Assembly (NCBI GenBank): GCA_963733035.1 | Contig: CAVTBU010000006.1 | Location: 192,001-256,000, forward strand | DNA from: Pirellulales bacterium | Lineage (GTDB): Bacteria; Planctomycetota; Planctomycetia; Pirellulales; PALSA-1355 | Direction of reading: 5' to 3' | Length of the DNA stretch: 64,000 bases | Shown: positions 54,009 through 61,649 of the stretch, piece by piece | How positions within the stretch are numbered: position 1 is the first letter of the stretch | Layout of the letters: the number at the start of each line of letters is the position of its first letter | Translations under genes and position numbers: made by a program | Notes under the pieces: generated by a model | Seen by the model: only the letters and a program-made list of their open reading frames with translations | What the model was told of the DNA's origin: nothing | Database searches by the model: none

Positions 54009-54311
54009 TTACATCGGAATACCGGCATCAATCGCAGCTTGTCGATTGTGGCCGGGTTCGAGAAGTGTCGTTCCTTGATAGACCTCGACGTTCGCGTCCA
54101 TGAGATCAGAAAGAGGCAGCTCAACATAGACCTGGGTATTACGGTCGGTCTCGACAACGTTGAACCACGGTTGTGCAACGAAACTGCGCACCTGGATTTC
54201 CAGTGACTCGCCGGGCAACAGCGTGAAGTCGTGAGGCCACGGCTCGACCCAAATGACGCGCAATTGCGCTTCGTCGTTGGTCACGCCGATCTTTGCGAAG
54301 AACTCACTCAT
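54009..54311 (-). CDS. Small hypothetical (immunity-like) protein
   Basis: 100-aa ORF in an inter-tRNA gap; VIWVEPW..DFTLLPGE. Confidence 0.6.
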   Translation of the reverse strand: MSEFFAKIGVTNDEAQLRVIWVEPWPHDFTLLPGESLEIQVRSFVAQPWFNVVETDRNTQVYVELPLSDLMDANVEVYQGTTLLEPGHNRQAAIDAGIPM

Positions 54312-54443
54312 TACCCTAGCGTATTGCGGAAGCGTACGACAAACAAGTGATTCGGAAGGTAGATGCTATGGCAGCGGCGAGGGACTGCGTTAGGCTCCGA
54401 GTCACGAGGGATTGTTTTATCCGTTGTTTTGAGGAGCTCAATC

Positions 54444-55622
54444 ATGGCCACTCGACCGCAAGACTGCAGCACAACGAAGCCAGTACTGTTCCTGGGTCTC
54501 GAATTAGGGCAGCGAACCTGGAAGTTGGGGTTCACCGTGGGTTTGGGTCAGAAGCCGCGGCGACGTGAGATCGCTGCCGGTTGCATTCAGGCACTGAAAC
54601 GAGAGATCAATGAGAGTAAGCAACGTTTTGGTCTGCCTGCGGATGTGGAGGTGATTAGCTGTTACGAGGCAGGCCGTGATGGGTTTTGGCTGCATCGTTG
54701 GCTGGTGTCTGAGAACGTCACAAACTTGGTGGTTGACTCGTCTAGCATTCAAGTGCCGCGGCGGCAGCGACGGGCCAAGACCGATCGTCTGGATTTGGAA
54801 CAATTGTTGACCATGTTGGTGCGCTGGCATCAGGGCGAGTCGAAAGTCTGGAGCGTGGTGACGGTGCCGAGTGAAGCGGAAGAGGACGTTCGGCATTTGC
54901 ATCGCGAGTTGGAAACGCTGCGGGCGGAACAGACCAGCCACATCAATCGAATCAAGGGGCTGTTGATCGGTTGCGGCGTGGTGATTGATGTGAACCGCTG
55001 GCTACCGAAACGGCTCAAAGCAATACGGCTTTGGAATGGCTCGCCGTTGACCAGCGATTTGCGGCAACGGGTATTGCGGGAGTTCGAGCGGATGCAGGTG
55101 GTCAATCGACAGGTTCGCGAGCTGGAAAAGGAGCGTGCCGCCCGGATTCGCAGCAACGAAACTGACAAGAGCGTCGCCCAGGTGCGGACGTTGTTGGGCG
55201 TGAAGGGCATCGGCGTCAACAGCGCGTGGATGTACGTGCAGGAGGTGTTTGGCTGGCGAAAGATCAAGAATCGTCGTCAATTGGGTGCGCTCGTGGGGCT
55301 GACCGGCAGTCCGTATAGCAGCGGCAACTTGGAGCGCGATCAGGGAATTACAAAGGCTGGAAACCGCCGGATGCGAACAATGGCTGTCGAAATCGCCTGG
55401 GGATGGTTGGCATTCCAACCCGGCAGCGATCTGAGCCGTTGGTATCACGATCGATTCGCGGCCGGAAACAAGCGTCTTCGTCGCATTGGAATTGTGGCGC
55501 TGGCAAGAAAGCTGTTGGTGGAGTTGTGGAAATACCTGGAGACCGGCGTGCCGCCTTGCAACGCGGAGCTGACCGAGTGGGAGGACAAGATTCACTACAC
55601 CCCTTCCCTTACGCCGGCGTAG
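54444..55622 (+). CDS. IS110 family transposase/recombinase
   Basis: LGLELG, CYEAG, KTDRLD, GIG, SSG and ITKAGN motifs; GAGGAG SD. Confidence 0.92.
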   Translation: MATRPQDCSTTKPVLFLGLELGQRTWKLGFTVGLGQKPRRREIAAGCIQALKREINESKQRFGLPADVEVISCYEAGRDGFWLHRWLVSENVTNLVVDSSSIQVPRRQRRAKTDRLDLEQLLTMLVRWHQGESKVWSVVTVPSEAEEDVRHLHRELETLRAEQTSHINRIKGLLIGCGVVIDVNRWLPKRLKAIRLWNGSPLTSDLRQRVLREFERMQVVNRQVRELEKERAARIRSNETDKSVAQVRTLLGVKGIGVNSAWMYVQEVFGWRKIKNRRQLGALVGLTGSPYSSGNLERDQGITKAGNRRMRTMAVEIAWGWLAFQPGSDLSRWYHDRFAAGNKRLRRIGIVALARKLLVELWKYLETGVPPCNAELTEWEDKIHYTPSLTPA

Positions 55623-55629
55623 CGATTGG

Positions 55630-55860
55630 ATCGGTGCGAGTATGGAGCGTCTGAACGACTGACGTCGAGACTGGAAAGCGACCGAGTATCCGGCGGGTAC
55701 GAGTTAGGCTCACCGAAAGGTAGATGGGATCGCTTTCATTATGGCTTCCCGAGAGCGTCCAGGACGCATAGGGCATAGGGTGATCGGCGATGATGCCGGC
55801 ACGGATAGAAGCTAGTCGTTGGCCTCGGCCACAACGATCAGCGGAAGCCGCCAGTCATGA
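55630..55860 (+). ncRNA. Candidate bridge/seek RNA of the IS110 element
   Basis: Contains AAGGTAG (target left flank + core) and ATAGAAG (element right end + core); boundaries approximate. Confidence 0.6.
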
Positions 55861-56218
55861 CGTTGAACCGACAGAAGAAGTGTTTTGAGGAATGGCAGGA
55901 CAAATGAATGTGCATCCCAGCACGGCTCCAGCCGCGGCGTGCGGCCAGAGCCGTCACGGAATCATTCACCCGCCCTGACCTGGCTATCCCTTGTTGGGTT
56001 GCTCTTCAGCAGAGCTCAACTCCGTTTCACCAGGCAGGCGAAAGTATATCACGACTCAACGTTGGATGAGGAGCTTGACAGGTGCGCATCCATAGAAGCC
56101 GGATACGGTTGGCCGGGCCGCTCTGCTAAGGCGGTTCCCGCTCGTCGGGATGAGGGTTCGAATCGGGCACCGCGGCAAAGCCGTGGTCTACCTTCCGCTG
56201 GTGAAAAGGCTCCTCCAA

Positions 56219-56581
56219 TCACTTCGCCTGTTCCACGTCGATCGCGGCCCGCAGCTCCTCAACATTCGCGAATTGTTGAAGTGGAAGATCGAACGAGTAG
56301 TCGAGATCAATGATTCGAAGGGGGATGCCGAGATGCCTTTGAACGATCAGCGCGGCACTTAGGGCGGCGTCTGTCATCCCCGATATCGAGATCGCGTCGC
56401 GTTTCCGGCTGAGGTCGACCATCGTGAAGTCGTCGCCCTCAGAATAGTCCGCTTCAATTGGGATTCCGATGGACGTATTATATCGAATCTCACCGAATCC
56501 CCTGACCGACTTGAAAATGTCTTGCAACGCCTCGACGGTAAATAGCCGTTTGTCGTCGCTGAACAGCAGAAGACTTTGCAT
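56219..56581 (-). CDS. Putative cognate immunity protein
   Basis: 120-aa acidic ORF starting 16 nt after the toxin stop. Confidence 0.65.
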   Translation of the reverse strand: MQSLLLFSDDKRLFTVEALQDIFKSVRGFGEIRYNTSIGIPIEADYSEGDDFTMVDLSRKRDAISISGMTDAALSAALIVQRHLGIPLRIIDLDYSFDLPLQQFANVEELRAAIDVEQAK

Positions 56582-56596
56582 AGCAATTACGTACTC

Positions 56597-57867
56597 CTAG
56601 GGCTCGAGTCGCACCTTGCCGGGCACGGATAGTTCCTTGAGCAGGGCTTCAAAAGCTGACTTCGCCTCGGGCGAGTTGGTGATGATTTCGATTGATTTAA
56701 AAGGCGTTTCGCCACTCTTGATAATTGTGCGAACTCTCGTCAAATCGTCACGCACTTTGTCCAGAATCACGGCCCGGATGTCCTCTCGGATAGATGAGCC
56801 GGGCACATAAGGACTCTTGCCGGCCTTCGCTACGTGCTTCGCTTCAAGAATTATCGTATCCCGGTATCCATCGATTGCAAAAGACTGGCCGCCGCCTGAT
56901 ATCGTGTAGTTGTAGGGGCCGGTCTGCTTGATTTCATATTGACTCGCTGCCGATTTCGTGGGTGTAGGCTTGCGAGGAAGCTTCGCGACGAAGTCATCAA
57001 GAGTGCCTCCCACTTTTCCAGGAACTTTGCGAAGCGCCCTGCCGAGCACAGCCTTCCCGAGTCGCAGGATTGCCGGTGCGGCCACGACGGCGGATGCAAT
57101 TTCAAACTCAATGCCGGTTGACTGCAAACCACTCGGTGTGCCGCCCCTGGCTACGGCATGCCCGACTTCCTCGATACCCTTGCCACCGACGATCGTCTCT
57201 GCCGGGGTGAACGCCGAATGCTGTTTCGCTGGGCGTGATAGCTCTTAATGCGTTTCGGCAATTCCTTGATTTGGCGACGGGTGTGATCCAATGCATTCTT
57301 TGTCTGCCACCAAGCGTGTGCCAGGTCCAGCATGTGTGAGTCGGAACCGTCGGACTCGTCGCTTCCGCCGCTACCGGGCCCCTTGCTGCGGGGTGAGCGA
57401 CTCTTGCCGGTGTTGATTCCGCCCCCACCGCCCCCCTTATTGATCCACTGCCCGCCGATCGGCGTTCCCTTGGGCGCCCGGGGATGATCGGCCTCGTTCC
57501 ATTCGACAACAAGTGAGTCTGATTCAGTGAATCGCTCGATCGCATGCCACGTCCTGCTGTCCCGTGCCTCGATCTGTTGAATCGCACGCAGTTTGTCTTC
57601 CGCCTCGGCCGAGATCTGAGCTGCCCATTCCAGAAGCTCACGATCGCGACGAGCGTTGGCTTCGGCGGATTGCAGCTCGCGCAGCTCCTTTGCCTGTCGA
57701 TACGAGAATCGTGCTAGCCGCCCCAACTCCTCGCGTTGAGCTTTCGCCTGTGCCTCGGGAGGCATCATTCGTGGAATCGGCCTACCGAGAATCGCTTGTG
57801 CAAATAGCCAACCTTCGCTGGGCTGCGAAACTCCGGCGACATCCCGTGTCTTTTTGTAACGGTCCAT
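56597..57867 (-). CDS. Polymorphic toxin with restriction-endonuclease-fold (Tox-REase-2-like) C-terminus, frameshift near 57240
   Basis: N-terminus LFAQAILG / RDRELLEW / EWNEADHPR; C-terminus YE...IDG...LEAK...SPY...EIITN (PD-D/ExK); GAGGAG SD. Confidence 0.75.
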
Positions 57868-57891
57868 GACGCTCCTCTTCATGGGTGCGAG

Positions 57892-58088
57892 AAAAAGAGC
57901 CCGCACCCGGTGCGCGCTTCGCAAGCGCGCACCGATTACGGGCTCTTTGGATACTCGTTGTCAGGGGCCTACTGGCACGAGGACGTGCAGTCGAGCTCTT
58001 CGGATACCCCGGTCACTCATGGTGACCTTGCCCAGCGATCAGCTCGCCGATTGATTCGGAACCTAGCACAAAGGGCGGCCTAGTTTCT
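57892..58088 (-). promoter_or_regulatory. Conserved leader: putative promoter, structured RNA and intrinsic terminator (copy 2)
   Basis: TAGAAA-18-TAGGTT with extended TG; shares TGAGTGACCGGGGTATCCGAAGAGCTCGAC...CCTGACAACGAGTATCC...GAGCCCGTAATCGG with copy 1. Confidence 0.75.
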
Positions 58089-58179
58089 AGTCGAAGATTT
58101 AATGGAGTGATTGGTCTGAGCAAATACGTCGCGCGAACCGTGCGGCGTGGATCTGTTTCCTTTTCTAATGTCTCAGCTC

Positions 58180-58269
58180 GCCTCGATGGTGAAACGGACG
58201 ATCACTCCTTGCTTCTAACAAGGCCCGGTATTTCTGGGAGACGCGGGGGTTCGAATCCTGGTCGGGGCA
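58180..58269 (+). tRNA. tRNA-Arg(TCT), degenerate (insertion in variable region, weak T-stem)
   Basis: GCCTCGA/TCGGGGC acceptor; CCTTG-CTTCTAA-CAAGG. Confidence 0.6.
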
Positions 58270-58279
58270 TTTTGAAGAA

Positions 58280-58312
58280 GAGTGGTTGGTGGTCAGTGGC
58301 TAGTGGTCAGTG
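58280..58312 (+). repeat. Short heptamer tandem repeat (AGTGGTY)n
   Basis: AGTGGTT GGTGGTC AGTGGCT AGTGGTC AGTG. Confidence 0.65.
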
Positions 58313-58368
58313 AAGCAAGGGGCGGCGAACACAAAGCGTGCTCGTCTGTCCTACCTGTGGCCTGTGGT

Positions 58369-58415
58369 CTACCGCCCTGCGCTCGGCAGATGCCCATCTG
58401 CCGTGCTCGGTTGCT
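58369..58415 (+). repeat. 47-nt hairpin mini-element (copy 2) inside a tRNA remnant
   Basis: CTACCGCCCTGCGCTCG-GCAGAT-GCCC-ATCTGC-CGTGCTCGGTTGCT followed by GGTTCAATTCCT. Confidence 0.8.
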
Positions 58416-58616
58416 GGTTCAATTCCTCGGCGAGGCACTGAGAAGGCGGCGAGTTGAATGATCATGTTGCGAGCGATCCTAACAGCGTTGAGACGATTCC
58501 TGTTTGGCCAGCCTGTGGCCAGCAGGGTGACCGCGAAGAAACCGTCGGCAGAAGCCGTCGCGTGTGCGGTCGTTCATTCGACGACGTCGGCGGATCGCAA
58601 CGAAGGGAGGCCTACC

Positions 58617-59108
58617 ATGAACGCAGCCTATGACAAACTATGCGAACACCTGACCAACCAGAACGTCGGCTTTTGGTCGCGCAGCGAGGACTTGTCGATC
58701 TGCACCGACTTTCGGGGCGAGGTCGGTACGTACCGGATCTTCGCTCGGATTGATGCTGATGACAGCTTGTTCCAGGTCTTCGGTCATTCGCCGGTTCGCG
58801 TTCCGCCAGGCTCGCGGCCGGCGATCGCCGAGGCCGTGGCGCGGATCAACTGCGGTCTGAAGGTCGGCAAGTTCGAGATGGATTGTGACGAGGGCGAGCT
58901 GCGGTTCCAGGCGGCCCAGATCCTGCCCGACGACGATCTCGACGAGCAGACGATTCGGCGACTGATTGGTACGACCATGTCGATGTTGAACATTTACCTT
59001 CCGGCCATCTTGTCGGTCATCTACGGCAACGAACTGCCGAAGGATGCCGTCAGACACGCAGAGCCCGGGCGGTATGTGTCCGACGAAAACGAGCGCGGTG
59101 AGGCCTGA
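58617..59108 (+). CDS. YbjN-like (CesT-fold) protein
   Basis: GGGAGG SD; AEAVARIN.GLKVGKFEMD..EGELRF. Confidence 0.75.
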   Translation: MNAAYDKLCEHLTNQNVGFWSRSEDLSICTDFRGEVGTYRIFARIDADDSLFQVFGHSPVRVPPGSRPAIAEAVARINCGLKVGKFEMDCDEGELRFQAAQILPDDDLDEQTIRRLIGTTMSMLNIYLPAILSVIYGNELPKDAVRHAEPGRYVSDENERGEA

Positions 59109-59121
59109 TCACCGCGCATTT

Positions 59122-59194
59122 GTCCTCGGAGTGTGCCGGATTCGCACGCGACCCTGCGAAGGTCGAGGACCAGGTTCAACTCCTGGCGAGGACA
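59122..59194 (+). tRNA. tRNA-Arg(GCG), rare anticodon
   Basis: CGACC-CTGCGAA-GGTCG; GTCCTCG/CGAGGAC acceptor. Confidence 0.85.
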
Positions 59195-59241
59195 TTTTGG
59201 AATGTCGCGGGATTGTGTACCGTAGTAGCGGGAGACACTCA

Positions 59242-59706
59242 ATGAACTTGCAGCATGAAAATCACGGTCCCTTGCCGACGCGCGAGGACATTAATGTCTT
59301 CGACTCGCTTGACGAACGTTGCGCTTGCGATCACTTTTTGGGCAAGAACATGGACGAGGCTCAGGCACTGTTCAGTGATAATTTCTTGCGTTACCAGGAG
59401 GATTTGGTGTTTATGGGGCCTCGTGCCTTCCGCTTCTACGTTCATGCTGCCATGCAATACCTCATGAGCCCCGATGCCTCAGGTGACGGCGATGCCGCCA
59501 ACAGTTTCGCAGGGCTACTTGAATTCAGACTTGAACATGAGAGGAACGAAGTGCAGCCAGTGGCAGGTGAGCTAGCGCGGATATGCAATTACCTCTTCGA
59601 AAATATTAGTCGATTCGAATGTGAGCCATCCATCTATGGCGATGTTGGCGCTCGTTATGCAGCTCTGAATAGCGCGCTCGAACAACTCGCCACGACACAG
59701 CCCTAA
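59242..59706 (+). CDS. Hypothetical (immunity-like) protein
   Basis: GGAGA SD; SLDE..A..HF.GK...EDL.FMGPRAF.FY. Confidence 0.65.
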   Translation: MNLQHENHGPLPTREDINVFDSLDERCACDHFLGKNMDEAQALFSDNFLRYQEDLVFMGPRAFRFYVHAAMQYLMSPDASGDGDAANSFAGLLEFRLEHERNEVQPVAGELARICNYLFENISRFECEPSIYGDVGARYAALNSALEQLATTQP

Positions 59707-59750
59707 CCCAACATGGTCCGGCTCGTGCAGCAGCATCAATTCTCAAATCT

Positions 59751-59822
59751 GACGCTGAAGCCAGACGGCGTGGCAACTGCCTGCAAAGCAGTTCACAGCG
59801 GGTTCGACTCCCGCCGGCGTCT
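59751..59822 (+). tRNA. tRNA-Cys(GCA)
   Basis: ACTGC-CTGCAAA-GCAGT; U73. Confidence 0.88.
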
Positions 59823-59967
59823 TTCAACGAAGTCAGAAAGGAGATTGAAGCGAGGTTGATTCAGCCGGTTCCAGCGGCGCGCGGTGGCTCGTCCTTGATG
59901 AAAGGCGATTGCTACACGTGTGTTCCGTGAATGGGTTCTGCAGAAGGCTGCGTCTACCGCAACCAAC

Positions 59968-60039
59968 AGATGGTTAGCTCAGTGGGTAGAGCACCAGACT
60001 TTGCATCTGGCTGTCACGGGTTCGACTCCCGTACCAAAC
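59968..60039 (+). ncRNA. tRNA-like RNA with incomplete acceptor stem
   Basis: Canonical D and T arms; CCAGA-CTTTGCA-TCTGG; only 4 bp of acceptor stem. Confidence 0.55.
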
Positions 60040-60439
60040 GCGGCGAAAGCCGCCCGAGGGGCGCCGGTCAGCGCCGTCCAACCGCCCGCGGGGGCGGGCA
60101 AGCCTAGGTCTGCCGCTGGCATTGTGCTCGCATGGCGCGGTTTCGCGTCGTGACGTGTCACATGTCGGTGGCAACACAAGACGGTGCCTTGCAGTGCGCA
60201 GATTCCGCTTGTGCGAGTCCTTGGCAACGACGAACCGACGCCGTTGGCAATGCGAGAGCCATGCTCACGCAGCGCCTTCGGCTGAGCCAAACTGGCGCCT
60301 TGGATAGCACAAGCTCAAGCGCACTCCGCATACGGATGTGGGACCGACGTCTCGCTTCGCCCCCAAGGGCATTTTTATGCGAACTAACTCGGTGGCTCGG
60401 ACGTCCAATACGTTCATGCACCGAGAGGAGGAATAAACA

Positions 60440-61354
60440 ATGAATATCTACATCATCAAGACCATCAAGATCCGCAGCTACGAAATGGGTCTGTACTTCC
60501 GCGACGGCGAGTTCCGTGGCTTGCTGCGCGAAGGTCGCCACTGGTTCGTAGATCCGCTGGGGAAGGCCAAGATCGAGGTCGTATCGCAGCGGCAGCCGTG
60601 GCTGGCGCACGAGAAGCTCGACGTGATCTCGCGCTCGGGTGCGCTCGAGGACCGCGCGGTGGTGCTGGACCTGAAGGACTACGAACGGGCTTTGGTCTGG
60701 ATCGATGGTCACTTCAGCCACATCCTGCCGCCGGGCCTGTACGCCTACTGGACGGCTCTGCGTGACGTGAAGGTCGAGGTGGTCGATGCCCGCAAGGCGC
60801 GGTTCGAGCACCCGGATCTGAAGGTCATCCTGCAGTCGCCGCTGGTGGACCGTGTGCTGTCGCTGGCGACGGTGCAGGCGCACCACATGGGCGTGTTGTT
60901 CATCGACGGCGACTTCGTCGAGACGTTGCCGCCGGGCCGCTACGCCTTCTGGAAGAACCTGGCTCAGGTCAAGTTCGTCGAGGAGGATATGCGCGAGGCG
61001 ATGTTCGACGTGGCCGGCCAGGACATCATGACGGCCGATAAGGTGACGCTGCGAATGACCGAGCTGATGGAGAAGTTCCCGGTCCACGTGGTGTGCGGCT
61101 GGACCGGCAACAGCGAGGCGATCGCGCTGAAGCACTACCTCCAGGTCACCGACGACCATTTCGAGCGGGCCGTGCGGGGCGAGGCCGAGATCGGGCCGGA
61201 AGTCACGCCGACTGTTACCAACACTCTCGCCAACACAACGGCGCAAAAGCGGCGCAGCATGCGCACGCAGGGGGTAGCGGCGAGCAGCAGGCGGCTCAGG
61301 GCACCAACGCAAAAGCCCCGGGATTGCCGGGGCCTGCGACTTCCCGCGATATAG
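60440..61354 (+). pseudogene. Truncated slipin (SPFH/band-7) gene fused to the C-terminal remnant of a tyrosine integrase
   Basis: Slipin to GQDIMTADKVTLRM (~61057), then TELMEKFPVHVVCGWTGNSEAIALKHYLQV; AGGAGG SD. Confidence 0.78.
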
Positions 61355-61361
61355 CGAACAC

Positions 61362-61610
61362 TTGTTCACGCGGGGAGTCGAACCCCCAGCGCAACTCTCG
61401 GGAAACTCGGCCAATTCCCAACCCCGCGGCGCACAAAACGGCGCCGTCGCCGCACGGGGCAGTTTAGACGCCGAAATCAGCCCCCAGGGCGCCGCTTTGA
61501 GCGATGGCCAAATCGACGTCGGCCTCGTGGTCGTCATCCAGGCCTGGCCGCACCTGCCCCAGGCGATCGGGAAGGGGATCCTGGCACTGGTGCGGGCGGC
61601 TGAGAGCTGA
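61362..61610 (+). repeat. Right copy of ~240-bp direct repeat
   Basis: Matches 45408-45657; both copies encode IDVxLVVVIQAWPHLPxAIxKGILALVR. Confidence 0.85.
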
Positions 61611-61649
61611 TTCGCGCCCCAAGTTCATCTCATGACTTGAAAGGCCTGA

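Larger units (their letters stand above)
54363..56096 (+). mobile_element. IS110-family (IS1111-like) insertion sequence
   Basis: AG core on both sides; sub-terminal IRs CTATGGCAGCG / CGCATCCATAG; TTGACA near the right end; long 3' non-coding region. Confidence 0.85.
54354..56197 (+). pseudogene. tRNA-Ser(GCT) interrupted by an IS110 element and a hairpin
   Basis: GGAAGGTAG (54354-62) joined to CCGGATACGG...CCGCT-CTGCTAA-GGCGG...GGTTCGAATC (56099-164) and ACCTTCCG (56190-97) rebuilds the tRNA. Confidence 0.8.

Noticed and set aside
49417..54103. Many short ORFs overlapping the tRNAs (e.g. 49634-49960, 51645-51917, 53540-54103)
   Set aside because: Translations of tRNA arms (GSIP/GVEP patterns) with no RBS or protein-like features.
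45660..61360. Prophage
   Set aside because: No capsid, terminase, tail or replication genes recognised; only an integrase remnant.
60158..61537. 459-aa minus-strand ORF
   Set aside because: Antisense shadow of the GC3-biased slipin gene.
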